Assembly (NCBI GenBank): GCA_003251635.1 | Contig: QKEW01000011.1 | Span: forward strand, 39,411-103,410 | Direction: 5' to 3' | Source of the DNA: a bacterium | GTDB lineage: Bacteria > Patescibacteriota > Minisyncoccia > Moranbacterales > GWC2-37-73 | DNA: 64,000 bases | The notes under the pieces: model-generated | Seen by the model: the letters and a program-made list of their open reading frames with translations, nothing else | What the model was told of the DNA's origin: nothing | Database searches by the model: none | Part shown: in pieces, positions 47,725 through 58,032 of the stretch | Numbering within the stretch: the first letter of the stretch is position 1 | How the letters are laid out: each line of letters starts with the position of its first letter | Made by a program: the position numbers and the translations under genes

Positions 47725-47749
47725 AAACCGCTTTTTTGAAGCGGTTTTT
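47725..47749 (+). terminator. Intrinsic terminator after the alpha-glucan operon
   Basis: AAACCGCTT-ttttg-AAGCGGTTT followed by T. Confidence 0.75.
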
Positions 47750-47782
47750 ATTGTCTAAAATAATAAAATAGGCTAAACTGAA

Positions 47783-47826
47783 GTCAGTACGCACGTACTG
47801 ACGAACGTACGTACGTTCGTACTGAC
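47783..47826. repeat. Tetramer-repeat palindromic element, copy 2
   Basis: GTCAGTACGCACGTACTGACGAACGTACGTACGTTCGTACTGAC; 47793-47820 is identical to 22865-22892. Confidence 0.92.
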
Positions 47827-47887
47827 AAAAATAATTATTTTTATTGGCAGTCTCTCGAAAGTGGGATTGGATAAAATCAAAAACAAA

Positions 47888-48052
47888 ATGCAAAAATTTG
47901 AAAGAAAGCTGGGAAAAACTTCCAGTCATAGCTATAACATAGTGATTCCCAAGGAAATTGTTGAAAAATATGGTTGGAAAGAGAAACAAAAAATTTCCAT
48001 TGTGGATAAGGGTCATGGCAAGATTGAGATTAGGGACTGGAAAAAACGTTGA
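47888..48052 (+). CDS. AbrB/MazE/SpoVT-family small DNA-binding protein
   Basis: RKLGKTSSHSYNIVIPKEIVEKYGWKEKQKISI is the swapped-hairpin signature. Alternative GTG start at 47861. Confidence 0.8.
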   Translation: MQKFERKLGKTSSHSYNIVIPKEIVEKYGWKEKQKISIVDKGHGKIEIRDWKKR

Positions 48053-48096
48053 CAAATTAATTGCCTCAAGGTGCTTTAATGGTTATGATCTTTCAT

Positions 48097-48130
48097 AAAA
48101 CGGACTGTCGTTACAACGATAGCCCGTTTT
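48097..48130. terminator. Bidirectional terminator between convergent genes
   Basis: AAAACGG-a-CTGTCGT...ACGATAG-c-CCGTTTT. Confidence 0.7.
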
Positions 48131-48155
48131 GTTTTGGAAGAAATTTTGTTTTTTA

Positions 48156-50006
48156 TTACTCTACATCATCCACATAGTAAACCAAAATAGAGGTGCCGAT
48201 TTGATAGCGGGGTTGATATTGAGTGATCCAGCGCCAAGACTGCTCGTCTGGTTTTTTCATGGTTCCATCGCTATTGAGGCGGGTGTCATAGATGCTGCCT
48301 TGAAGTTGGTTGACGCTGACTGCGTACCAGCCATTTTCCAGCGGTCGCTTGCTGTCCCACCAATCAATGAAACGATCTCCCAAATAGAAGCGCGGATTGC
48401 CACCACCAAAATAATTCAAGCGGATCTGGTCAATTTCAGGATGTTGATTTATGAAGGTTACAAATCTTTCCAAATCTTGGCCCCAATCAGCGTTGGAGTC
48501 GGTGACGTAGTGGTAGCCATTTTTTGGTCCGCCGGCTAATTCATTGAAATAGGATAGATAATATGGATAGGCCATAAGAGTTTCAGAAAGAATCCAGATA
48601 AGCAGAAATCCCAACACGTATTTGAAGAAAAATAATTGATGTGGTTGGAAGCGTGTGAAAAAATCGTGGATTTTCTTGGCCAGTAAGATATAGATGAAGG
48701 GAAAAATTGGAAAGAGGTGGCGCAAGCCAATGTTGAGATTGCCGGTAATGCTCAAATAAGAATAGACGACGATGAAGCCAAACAGAGTGTATTCAACAAC
48801 GTTGGAACGAAGCCAAGACAGAACTCTTTTTCCGTTGGTATGCAAAAAGTCCTGGGTCTTGAGATGGATCTTGGAAAAAATTTGCCAAAGGGTGAAAATG
48901 GTCATGGCGATGATTAGAATCAGCAAAGGCAATGTTTCTTTGAGAATAAAAACAGTTGGGAAGTAAGCAGGGAAGGCGTTGTCGGAAACTTGGCCAATAA
49001 AGTAGGCGCCGTTGCCGCCAGCCACGCGCTTGAAAACCATGCCCATGCCCAGGACATATTCAGCCATTGGTCGCAAGCTCGAGTGGTCATTCATGGCCAA
49101 CATCAAATCGCGAGCCCTGAGACTATTTGGATTGGAATCATTGGCTGGAAAATAGAAATTGATAGTTTTTTCAAATACGACCGGATCGGTTTTATAGGTA
49201 TTGGGCAGATAGACCAACCAAACCAAAACCATAGAAACAGCAAAAGCTACCAAGCCTTTTCCTAGGTAAGAGAACCAAACCCGGATTCTCTTTTGGTTGG
49301 CGTTGATTTTTTTTATCAACGGGTAGCCGACTAAGATTAATCCGAAAATCGGCAAAGTGGTGATGGAGGAAAATTTAGCCACGTGCAAAAGTCCCCAAAA
49401 TATTCCGCCCACCAGGGCATTTTTCCAAGTCGGATTTTTGATGAATTTGAGGAAATAATAAAAAGAAAAAGTTAAAAAAGCCATGACGCCAATGTCAGTG
49501 GTGACATAGTGGTTGTGTCCCAAAACATTTGGGTCAAGCGCATAGAAAAATAAAGCCAAAAGTCCAGCCAAAACCCCAGCCAATTCTTTGACCCACTTGA
49601 AAATAAACAGTCCGGCAATCAAAGAAATCAGCACGATTGGCAGGCGTGACCAAAAAAGAATCGCGTCTGGATTGTTGCCAGCCTCCCAAAGCAAATACTT
49701 GCCGGCATTCCATTGACCAGTATCATTGAGTTCATTCTGCCAGAAGCTTAAATTGGTATCAAAATTCAAGTTTAGAAATAGTAAAGGCAGAGCAGCTAAA
49801 TCTTTGATGAGGGGTGGATGTTCGGGATTGAGGCGCATGTCGTGCTGGGTTAAGTAGGAGTAGCCAGCCGGGATGTGGGCGATTTCGTCAAAAGTAGCAC
49901 TGTCGCTGGCGGCATTGTGCAATGAAACCACAAACATAAAAGCCAGTAAGGAGAAGACGATTTTCCACTGATGTTTTTTGAGCCAATCCTCGATTTTTTC
50001 TTTCAT
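48156..50006 (-). CDS. GT-C glycosyltransferase (PMT/ArnT-like, GT39/83)
   Basis: Motifs ATFDEIAH, NPEHPPL, YVTTD, IGLRH and DSNADWGQD; many TM. Confidence 0.88.
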   Translation of the reverse strand: MKEKIEDWLKKHQWKIVFSLLAFMFVVSLHNAASDSATFDEIAHIPAGYSYLTQHDMRLNPEHPPLIKDLAALPLLFLNLNFDTNLSFWQNELNDTGQWNAGKYLLWEAGNNPDAILFWSRLPIVLISLIAGLFIFKWVKELAGVLAGLLALFFYALDPNVLGHNHYVTTDIGVMAFLTFSFYYFLKFIKNPTWKNALVGGIFWGLLHVAKFSSITTLPIFGLILVGYPLIKKINANQKRIRVWFSYLGKGLVAFAVSMVLVWLVYLPNTYKTDPVVFEKTINFYFPANDSNPNSLRARDLMLAMNDHSSLRPMAEYVLGMGMVFKRVAGGNGAYFIGQVSDNAFPAYFPTVFILKETLPLLILIIAMTIFTLWQIFSKIHLKTQDFLHTNGKRVLSWLRSNVVEYTLFGFIVVYSYLSITGNLNIGLRHLFPIFPFIYILLAKKIHDFFTRFQPHQLFFFKYVLGFLLIWILSETLMAYPYYLSYFNELAGGPKNGYHYVTDSNADWGQDLERFVTFINQHPEIDQIRLNYFGGGNPRFYLGDRFIDWWDSKRPLENGWYAVSVNQLQGSIYDTRLNSDGTMKKPDEQSWRWITQYQPRYQIGTSILVYYVDDVE

Positions 50007-50022
50007 AATCTTTTATTATATT

Positions 50023-51591
50023 TTAATTTTTTATTTCCCAAAATTTGTCCCCAGGAAAAAATTCGTATTCAAAAACGGAGGCTTGAGGATAGATGGCTTG
50101 AACTTTTTCAATAACTTCTTCATATCTTTCGCCCATGAGAATCGCAAAATTATTTTCAATTTGGAAATTGGAATCTAGAAATTCCTCTTTGTTTTGATAG
50201 GTAATGTTGGGTAAATCGGGATTGAGGAATTTGACCGGAATCCTTTCCATGTTGGGGGTGATCAGGAATTTGGAAGTTTGCGGATCCAAAGTTTTGATGT
50301 AATAGGCGATGTCTTTGAAATTAGCGTTAAAAGAGCCGTGTTGTTTGGGATTATCTTTGAAAAAGACGAAATATTTGATCGGATTGAAAAGGCCGATGAA
50401 AATAAAAGAACCGACAAAAAGGGAAATCAGGAAAATTTTCAGTGAAACATAATTTTGATCAGATAATTTTTTCAAAATCCAAAGAAATGGCACGGTGGCC
50501 ATGATCATAACAACCGGTTGGGTTCCGATGGCGCGCAAGGCGTGAGGCAAACCTTCGGCGGTCATGAATTCCGGTGCAAGCATTCCAAAAAACCAAGCTA
50601 ATAAGAAAAAATAGAGATAGAGTTTTTCATTGTGGACGTCATGTCGAAAACGCAGCCAAAGCAACTGCAAAGCTTTTCCAATCAGATAGATTAGGCCGGT
50701 CAGGAAAGCGGCGCCCATGATTGGATCCAGGATTGGATAGGGCGGGTAGTTGTGACGCCAATTTTGATCGCCCCAAAAATTATATTTAGCCAAGCTTAGA
50801 CCCAGACTGCGAAAAGCGGTTTGAATCAAATGACCCTCATTCATTTCGGGTGAAAAAATTGAGATTGAGGCTGAGCGCGAACTGAGATATTCCGGATGAA
50901 CGTGAAATTCCCAAAGGATTGGTGCAAGAGTTATGAATGTGCCGATAGAAAAAATCAGCAGTTGTTTCCAGAAAGTTTTCAGGAAATCTTTTTGAGTGAT
51001 CCACATGAAAAACCAAAGAACCAAAATAATGGCCGGAGCAATACGAAAAGCAATGTAGGTGTGAAATCCGAGCCCGAAAATCAAACCGCTGATTAGAAAT
51101 GGAAAAATTTTGCGAGTGCGAAAACCTTTTAGCAAGAAGTAAAAAGAAAAAGTCAAAATGGTCGGAATCATGATAGCTCGGAATCCGATGCGCGAAAAAT
51201 TGATAGCCCAATAAGAAAAGGCCATCAAATAGGCACTAATGAGACCGGCGCGCGGGCTTTGAAAAATTTCTTTGGAAAGAAGATAGACTCCCCAGACCGC
51301 CAAGGTGCCGCAAATGATTGAGCAGATTTTCAAAGCCAAAATTGTGTTGCCAAAAAAATGAATTCCCAGAGCGATCAGATTTATGAAAAGTCCTTCGCGC
51401 CCGTTGTTGTCTGTGTAGAAAAGTTGGTAATTGCCACTGGCAAGAGCGTGTTGGGCATCAATGCCATTGACAGCTTCGTCAGGATAAATTCCGCTGGGAG
51501 CATTTTCGATATCAAAAATTCGCAGACCGAAAGCGGTAACCAAAATCAATAAAAGCAAGGAAAACTGCCACAAGCGGAAACTTTTTTTCAT
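50023..51591 (-). CDS. GT-C glycosyltransferase (PMT/ArnT-like, GT39/83)
   Basis: Motifs YPDEA, GREGLF, FSRIGFR, TYIAFR and PHALRAIG; many TM. Confidence 0.85.
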   Translation of the reverse strand: MKKSFRLWQFSLLLLILVTAFGLRIFDIENAPSGIYPDEAVNGIDAQHALASGNYQLFYTDNNGREGLFINLIALGIHFFGNTILALKICSIICGTLAVWGVYLLSKEIFQSPRAGLISAYLMAFSYWAINFSRIGFRAIMIPTILTFSFYFLLKGFRTRKIFPFLISGLIFGLGFHTYIAFRIAPAIILVLWFFMWITQKDFLKTFWKQLLIFSIGTFITLAPILWEFHVHPEYLSSRSASISIFSPEMNEGHLIQTAFRSLGLSLAKYNFWGDQNWRHNYPPYPILDPIMGAAFLTGLIYLIGKALQLLWLRFRHDVHNEKLYLYFFLLAWFFGMLAPEFMTAEGLPHALRAIGTQPVVMIMATVPFLWILKKLSDQNYVSLKIFLISLFVGSFIFIGLFNPIKYFVFFKDNPKQHGSFNANFKDIAYYIKTLDPQTSKFLITPNMERIPVKFLNPDLPNITYQNKEEFLDSNFQIENNFAILMGERYEEVIEKVQAIYPQASVFEYEFFPGDKFWEIKN

Positions 51592-51665
51592 AGAAAATTA
51601 GTTCACAAACAACCGGGAGGATTTCCGGATGAAGGAAAATTTATTTTTGTTTTTTTGATGATTTG

Positions 51666-51732
51666 ATTATAGCACTTTTTAGATTTTTTTGACAGAAATT
51701 TTTTGGGGATTTGAAAGGAGATGTGGTATAAT
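51666..51732. promoter_or_regulatory. Divergent extended -10 promoters
   Basis: TGCTATAAT on the minus strand (51666-51674) and TGGTATAAT on the plus strand (51724-51732). Confidence 0.55.
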
Positions 51733-51758
51733 TATTAAAAAGTTTTAATCAATTTGAA

Positions 51759-54674
51759 ATGAGCGAAATGTCTGGCGATAATTTAGATAATAAAGATGAA
51801 AAAAATAAAAAACCAGATGGAAATTCTGTTGAGGCTGTTGATGCGGAAATGATAGGGGATGTTGAAAGTGGCCCTGACAAAGAAGAATCCAGAGAAGATC
51901 CGATGGAAAAATGGAAAGACGACGCTGGTCTTTATTTGAAACCGGAAGATTTTGATAAGTTAGCGAGATTGCTTGGCGACAAATTTAATTGGAAAGAATT
52001 TTTTGATTTCTTTACGAGCCGGACAAATGACAAAATAAGAACATGGGAGAAAAAAAGGACAAAAATAGAGAATTACGACAGCTTTAAGCTTGATGTTGCT
52101 AGCCTCATGGAAGAATTTTTTAGGGGTAAGGTAGAAAATGTTGGTGAATTTTTAGTTGAAAATAAAGACTTAATGGATAAACTAAAAAATCTTGTTAAGG
52201 AAAAACATCCCTCCGCAAATACATTGAAAGCTTTTTTTGAGGGGAGAATAAAAAACTATGACTCTAGAAAAGAATTAATTAAAAAGGATGATTTTTTCGG
52301 TTTGGTTGGAAAAATTTTTCCAGGTATATTTGATGATTTTGAAGAAAGTGTAATAGAAGAGTTTTTGAAAAGTCAAGAATCTGGCACTAGCGATAAAATT
52401 AAAAGTCTTTTAGAAGATTATTTTGCTAAGAATTTAGGAAAAAATCCAAACAAGGAAGCGGCTACAAAATGTGTTCAAGATTTTTGTCGTGATCCTGAAA
52501 TTCTTACGAAAATAAAGGAGGAAATTTCACCAGATGATTCAGAAGTTTTTGGAGCTATCAGTGATTTAATTTCTGCAATTGGTCAGAAGGATATTCAAAA
52601 AGTTTTACTTCAACATAAAGAGTTAGAAAAAGATAAACAAAAGAAAGCTGAACCTGAAGATAAGCCAAATCAGGATGGTCAACCAAATTCTCGGCAGCCA
52701 GTTCAGGAGCCGGGAAATGCGCCAGCCTCGAATCCAAATCCAGATCCGATTCAACAATCGCAGCCTAATTCGCAACCGCAACCGCAAGAAGCGCAACCGC
52801 AAGAAACTCAAATTCAAGAGCCGCAACCGCAGGAGCTTCGACCACAGCAGCCAGCTCGAGTGGAAAGTTCCAATCCAAATCCTGAACTAAGTCCGGAGCA
52901 GGAAAAAGCCAAGCACGAGCAGGAGCGAAAAAATTTGAAGGCTGATATTGAAGCTACACGCCAAGACTATCTCGAAGCTTATTACCAAAAAAGAACTTGG
53001 ATCGGAAAATTCAAAAGCGCTCTTTGGGATAATGTCAGTCCGGTGGAGGCAGAAAATCGAAGCAGGGATGTCATGCGTCAGGACCTGGACTTTTTCAAAA
53101 GCAGATATGACCAAGCTCTCAAAAAATATCAAGAATTTTTGGTGGAGGAAGCTAAGATAGATGATCCTGCTTCTGCTAGTGGTGGAAAAATGATCGACAA
53201 CAAAAAATTTGCTGAGATTGCTAAAATTTTCAATCTGGAAGCTAAAGTAGAATTGGCTAAAAATTATAATGAGCTGAAGGCTGGCAAAATAGAGGGCCGG
53301 GTTCTGGGGTGGCTGCGCAAAGCTTCCAAGGGATATGGTGAATTAGTCAAAAAGCATCCTGTTATGGTTGGGCTAACTTCTTTGGCCTTAGTTTTGACTA
53401 ACCCAGCCTTGGGAGTTGGAATTGGAGGCAAAGCAGTTTCGGTTTTGTTTGTTAAAAAAATGTTAGTGGCTGGTTTGACTGGCGGAAGAGTTTTGGATTG
53501 GGCAGAGGAAAAAACCCAAAAAAATCGAGAAAAAGAAGCTAAAAAAGATGAGGCAGACTTAGAAAAAGAATTGAAGGGAGTTAATAGTTTAGAGAGCTTA
53601 ACTAAGCTTAATGAAAAACTGGATGGAATTATTTCGCAAGATAAGAACAGAATTGTTGATACGGCTAAAAATAAACAGCTCCGCAACATTTTGGCCGGAT
53701 CTGCGGTTGGTGGAACTTTGGGATTTTGGATCTTAAATCAATATGCGGAGAAATTTTTTGGAGCCGATCTTCACGGTAGTAAGGAGATTTTGAGATCCAA
53801 ACTGGAAACGGTGACGATAACTCAAGGCAGTGGAAATGGAACCAGTTTTGAACAGGTCTTAACTAAATATGTTAGAGGCAGGGAGTCTTGGTTGGTTGAT
53901 AAATATCCGGATTTGAAAGGGCTAAACACACAGCAAATTGTTGCGCGTATATCTTCGGATTATCGAATTGATCACCACGGCGGATATCCCGGAATGCTTA
54001 ATTCGGGTGATAAATTGAAAATTAATTTTGATTTTCAACAGGGTCAACCTTTTGAGAACGGAATTAGGATTGACGTAGTCAGGGGTGAAGCTCCGGTTAA
54101 TTTGGCAGCTGAGACGGCTCAAGATCATTCAGTTCACGAGGCAGTCTCAAATCATGCTAACAAGGCAGCTGATTTAGATGGACAAAAACCATCGGCGACA
54201 ACAGAAAAAGTAGCTAATGGTGCAGATTCAAAAATGCATTTCAAGTCGGAAGCTCTTAATGGCAAGCATCAGGATTTTCTACGTTGGAGTGACACTGTTT
54301 CCTGGCAAGATTATAGTCGGGGTTTTGGCAGAGGGATTATGCCGGATAGCTATTTATTGAGTGAAGCAAAAGCCTTGAAAGTTTTGGAAGGAAACCCTGA
54401 AGAATGGGGTAAATTTAAAGAGTTTGTGCGCAGAATTAGATATGATATTAGCGGTGAGAATCTAGCCAGATGGCAGCTAATTGGGGATATGCCAGCAAAC
54501 AGAATTGCTGCGATTGAGGACCATTTGTCTGGAAGTGGAAAAGAATTGTTTGAAAGATTTATGAATGACCCACACACTCCAAAGCCATTAAACGGGGAAC
54601 CGTTCAGTTATTATTTGCGTCGGGCGGTTCGAGTTTCTCTAGAGCAACGCAGAGCCGAATCATTAGCTGGATAA
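51759..54674 (+). CDS. Large modular hypothetical protein (helical N-domain, Q/P linker, coiled coil, Gly-rich hydrophobic segments)
   Basis: 971-aa ORF with its own promoter; no recognisable catalytic motif. Confidence 0.75.
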   Translation: MSEMSGDNLDNKDEKNKKPDGNSVEAVDAEMIGDVESGPDKEESREDPMEKWKDDAGLYLKPEDFDKLARLLGDKFNWKEFFDFFTSRTNDKIRTWEKKRTKIENYDSFKLDVASLMEEFFRGKVENVGEFLVENKDLMDKLKNLVKEKHPSANTLKAFFEGRIKNYDSRKELIKKDDFFGLVGKIFPGIFDDFEESVIEEFLKSQESGTSDKIKSLLEDYFAKNLGKNPNKEAATKCVQDFCRDPEILTKIKEEISPDDSEVFGAISDLISAIGQKDIQKVLLQHKELEKDKQKKAEPEDKPNQDGQPNSRQPVQEPGNAPASNPNPDPIQQSQPNSQPQPQEAQPQETQIQEPQPQELRPQQPARVESSNPNPELSPEQEKAKHEQERKNLKADIEATRQDYLEAYYQKRTWIGKFKSALWDNVSPVEAENRSRDVMRQDLDFFKSRYDQALKKYQEFLVEEAKIDDPASASGGKMIDNKKFAEIAKIFNLEAKVELAKNYNELKAGKIEGRVLGWLRKASKGYGELVKKHPVMVGLTSLALVLTNPALGVGIGGKAVSVLFVKKMLVAGLTGGRVLDWAEEKTQKNREKEAKKDEADLEKELKGVNSLESLTKLNEKLDGIISQDKNRIVDTAKNKQLRNILAGSAVGGTLGFWILNQYAEKFFGADLHGSKEILRSKLETVTITQGSGNGTSFEQVLTKYVRGRESWLVDKYPDLKGLNTQQIVARISSDYRIDHHGGYPGMLNSGDKLKINFDFQQGQPFENGIRIDVVRGEAPVNLAAETAQDHSVHEAVSNHANKAADLDGQKPSATTEKVANGADSKMHFKSEALNGKHQDFLRWSDTVSWQDYSRGFGRGIMPDSYLLSEAKALKVLEGNPEEWGKFKEFVRRIRYDISGENLARWQLIGDMPANRIAAIEDHLSGSGKELFERFMNDPHTPKPLNGEPFSYYLRRAVRVSLEQRRAESLAG
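52771..52835 (+). repeat. Coding tandem repeat (QPQE-type, about 15-bp period)
   Basis: CGCAACCGCA(A/G)GA recurs and encodes QPQPQEAQPQETQIQEPQPQE. Confidence 0.7.
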
Positions 54675-54698
54675 GTTTATAATTAATCAAGAAATAAA

Positions 54699-55016
54699 AT
54701 GGATAATATCAACGAAGATTTGAAAAAAAAGGCTCTCGACCAGTTGGTTGAGGATCTGGGTATGAATGATTTACCGCAAGATAAAAAGGATGAACTTTTG
54801 GCCAAGATATCTGAAGCTTTTTTGGGTCGAATTTTTGTGGAGGTTATGGAAAAAATTGGCGAAGATGGTCGGGATGAATATGAGAAGTTGATGGAAAAAA
54901 ATCCCGAGCCACAGGAGGTGGACAAATTTTTTGCCAGCAAGATTGAGAATTATGATGGATTTGTAACTAAAGTTGCTCAAGATTTTAAAGAGGAATTAAC
55001 CAATGATCAGTTATAA
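54699..55016 (+). CDS. Small acidic helical protein (DUF5663-like)
   Basis: Pattern LGMNDLPQDKKDELLAKI...EYEKL...FFASKIENYD is typical of this CPR family. Confidence 0.7.
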   Translation: MDNINEDLKKKALDQLVEDLGMNDLPQDKKDELLAKISEAFLGRIFVEVMEKIGEDGRDEYEKLMEKNPEPQEVDKFFASKIENYDGFVTKVAQDFKEELTNDQL

Positions 55017-55034
55017 TAATTAAGACAAAAGATT

Positions 55035-55469
55035 ATGGAACCAGTAGTAAATCAAGATCCGAAAGAATCTTCCGAAAAAATTGAATTTAAGATGGAAACT
55101 TTGTCTGATGAGTCTCCAAATAAAGAAATTTTTGCTGACGAAAAAGAAAAGGTTTCTGAGAAAAGTTCGGCGGAAAAGGATGCGGCCTACAATCAAATCC
55201 TTTCCAAGCTTAGTGACGATGATGATAGTGATGATAAAAAAGGTTCCGGAGATGTGATCGGTGATGCTGAAAAAGCTTCGCAAAAAACTGACGCAGCTTC
55301 GCAAATTCAGCACTTGGTGGACGTCGCTTCAGTTAAAGGCGTTGTGCACGCGGTTAAGGTGGCGCGACATTTGGAAGATAATTATGTGCTCGATGCTTTT
55401 CATGATAAGTTGATGGCTGATGAGCTGCATGATGCTTTGGTGAAAAAGGGTTTATTGAAAAATTCCTAA
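55035..55469 (+). CDS. Conserved hypothetical acidic protein
   Basis: Disordered acidic N-terminus; C-terminal KGVVHAVKVAR...YVLDAFHD. Confidence 0.75.
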   Translation: MEPVVNQDPKESSEKIEFKMETLSDESPNKEIFADEKEKVSEKSSAEKDAAYNQILSKLSDDDDSDDKKGSGDVIGDAEKASQKTDAASQIQHLVDVASVKGVVHAVKVARHLEDNYVLDAFHDKLMADELHDALVKKGLLKNS

Positions 55470-55511
55470 GCATATTTTTTAGGTTAATAAAAATAAAAAT
55501 ACAAAAACAAG

Positions 55512-57980
55512 ATGGATTTTTTTGATTTTAATTTGATTCTGGTGCCACTCTCAATTTTATTGGCTTTCGCTACTTTTATTGTGGGCGGACTTTTGGTTTT
55601 GAAGAGCTTTTTTGGTTTTCGAGGTGAGATCAGTCGTTCGGTCAATATGGATCTGGAAATGGTCAAAATCGCCAAGGTTTTTCGAAACAAAAAAGAGCAC
55701 GAAAATCCAGAGACTTGGAAGGAAGAGATTGGAGCCATGGAGCAACTCCTAGGGACGTTAGCTAATATGAAAGATAAGTCCTCCATGATCCGTCATTTTT
55801 TCTACGGCAGTCCCCATGTGAGTTTGGAACTGGCTCAGCCGGCTAATAGTGAAGAGATCCTTTTCTATTTAGCGGTGCCAAAAAGATTTCGCGAAAGTAT
55901 TGAAAAACAGATTCATAGTTATTTTCCGGAAGCGTCTATTGAAAAAGTTTCTGATTATACGATTTTTTCTCCCGGTAGTTTCACAGCCTGTGCTACACTG
56001 GGCTTAAAAAACACTTTCGCTTTGCCGGTGGTCACTTATGAAGATATGGATGTTGATCCTCTCAGTGAAATTTCCAACGCTCTGAGTAAATTGCATGATT
56101 TTGAAGAGGGAGCAGTGATTCAATTGGTTTTGCGACCGGCTGGAATTTCTTGGCGAACCAAGGGTCGGGAAATTGCCCATAAGATGCAACAAGGCAAGCA
56201 GCTTAAAGATGCCTACAATAGTTCGTTTCTTTGGGATTTGGGCAAGGATGTGGTAAAAACCATGCAAGCAAAACCAGGAGAAATGGTTAAAAGTCCAGAG
56301 TCTGTCCAATTAACTCCGGAGGAGCAAGAATTAGTCAAAGATATTGAAAGAAAATCCAGCAAAGTAGCTTTTCGGGCCAATGTCAGAATTTTGGCTTCAG
56401 CTAAAACTCAGCAAAGAGCTGACGATATTTTGTCGCATTTGGAAAATTCTTTTTCCCAGTTTGAAAATGCCGGAGTCAATCATTTCACTATTCGAACTCG
56501 AACTAAAGACAAGAAAATTGCTTTTGATTATATCTTCCGTAATTTTAATGAAGAAAACGCCATGATTTTGGGAGTGGAGGAAATTGCCAGTATTTTTCAT
56601 TTTCCAATTTCTACTACCGAAACTCCAAAAATCAAATGGCTTAAGGCTGGTGCGGCTCCGCCTCCGCCCAATGTTCCCAAAGAAGGTTTGCTTTTGGGTT
56701 ATAATGATTATCGCGGACTCAAGACGGATATTCGCATGACGGATAATGATCGGCGCCGACATCTCTATACTATCGGTCAAACTGGAGCGGGGAAATCAAA
56801 TTTCTTGCAAGAACTGGCCAAGCAAGATGCTAAGAATGGCAAAGGATTTTGTTTTATTGATCCGCATGGAGACGCAATTGAAGATATTTTGACCGCTATT
56901 CCAAAGGAACGGGCTGAAGATGTGATTGTTTTTGATCCTTCGGATGTGGAGCGTCCTTTTGGTTTGAATATGTTGGAATATGATCCAGCTAATCCTCAAC
57001 AGAAAACTTTCGTAGTCAATGAGATGATTGGAATCTTTGATCAACTCTATGATTTGAAAGCGACCGGTGGTCCAATGTTTGAACAATACGTGCGCAATGC
57101 CATGCTTTTGATTATGGAGGATCCTGAGTCCGGTTCAACTTTGATGGAAATTTCCAAGGTTTTGGCGGATGAAGAATTTCGTCGCATGAAACTGTCCAAA
57201 TGCACCAATCCGGTAGTGCGAGATTTTTGGATCAAGGAAGCGGAAAAGGCTGGGGGCGAGGCGGCTTTGGCTAATATGGTGCCCTACATTACTTCAAAAT
57301 TGACTAGCTTCATTTCCAATGACATGATGCGTCCGATTATTGCTCAACAAAAAAGCACTTTGAATTTTCGCGAAATCATGGATACCGGTAAGATTTTATT
57401 GGTCAAGCTTTCCAAAGGGAAGATTGGCGAAATCAACGCTCATCTGCTCGGTATGGTGATTGTGGGCAAGATTTTGATGAACGCTTTGGCTCGAGTGGAT
57501 ATACCAGAAAATCAGCGGCGGGATTTTTATCTTTATTTGGATGAGTTTCAAAATGTGACTACGAATTCAATTTCGCAGATTCTCTCGGAAGCTCGTAAAT
57601 ATCGTTTGTGCCTGGTTATTGCGCACCAATTCATCGGACAGCTTAGTGAAGAAATTTCCAAGGCGGTTTTCGGTAACGTTGGTTCAATGTGTGTTTTTCG
57701 AGTCGGTCCGGAGGATGGGGAATTTTTGGAAAAGCAGTTTTCGCCGGTTTTTGCAGCCGATGATCTGGTGAATGTTGATAATTACAATTGTTTCACTAAA
57801 ATGTTGATTAATAATGAACTTTCCAAGCCATTCAGCATGAAAACCTATCCGCCGACTGAAGGTGATCAAAAAATTGCCAATTATCTCAAGGAACTTTCAC
57901 GCCTCAAATATGGCCGTGACGCCAAGATTGTGAACATGGAAATTATTGAGAGGACCAAATTGGCGGAGAGTGTTAGATAA
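55512..57980 (+). CDS. VirD4/TraD/TrwB-like coupling ATPase (FtsK-HerA superfamily) with an N-terminal TM
   Basis: Motifs RRRHLYTIGQTGAGKS (Walker A), IDPHGD, LYLDEFQN (Walker B) and SEARKY...AHQ. Confidence 0.88.
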   Translation: MDFFDFNLILVPLSILLAFATFIVGGLLVLKSFFGFRGEISRSVNMDLEMVKIAKVFRNKKEHENPETWKEEIGAMEQLLGTLANMKDKSSMIRHFFYGSPHVSLELAQPANSEEILFYLAVPKRFRESIEKQIHSYFPEASIEKVSDYTIFSPGSFTACATLGLKNTFALPVVTYEDMDVDPLSEISNALSKLHDFEEGAVIQLVLRPAGISWRTKGREIAHKMQQGKQLKDAYNSSFLWDLGKDVVKTMQAKPGEMVKSPESVQLTPEEQELVKDIERKSSKVAFRANVRILASAKTQQRADDILSHLENSFSQFENAGVNHFTIRTRTKDKKIAFDYIFRNFNEENAMILGVEEIASIFHFPISTTETPKIKWLKAGAAPPPPNVPKEGLLLGYNDYRGLKTDIRMTDNDRRRHLYTIGQTGAGKSNFLQELAKQDAKNGKGFCFIDPHGDAIEDILTAIPKERAEDVIVFDPSDVERPFGLNMLEYDPANPQQKTFVVNEMIGIFDQLYDLKATGGPMFEQYVRNAMLLIMEDPESGSTLMEISKVLADEEFRRMKLSKCTNPVVRDFWIKEAEKAGGEAALANMVPYITSKLTSFISNDMMRPIIAQQKSTLNFREIMDTGKILLVKLSKGKIGEINAHLLGMVIVGKILMNALARVDIPENQRRDFYLYLDEFQNVTTNSISQILSEARKYRLCLVIAHQFIGQLSEEISKAVFGNVGSMCVFRVGPEDGEFLEKQFSPVFAADDLVNVDNYNCFTKMLINNELSKPFSMKTYPPTEGDQKIANYLKELSRLKYGRDAKIVNMEIIERTKLAESVR

Positions 57981-58032
57981 AAATACTTTATTTTAAGATT
58001 TTTCTTTTCGTGTTTTTTTAACTGGGCTCCGA

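Noticed and set aside
47723-48055. Minus-strand 110-aa ORF sharing ERTYVRQYV with the Pgk extension
   Set aside because: The shared peptide comes from the DNA repeat; the ORF is antisense to the AbrB gene and crosses a terminator.
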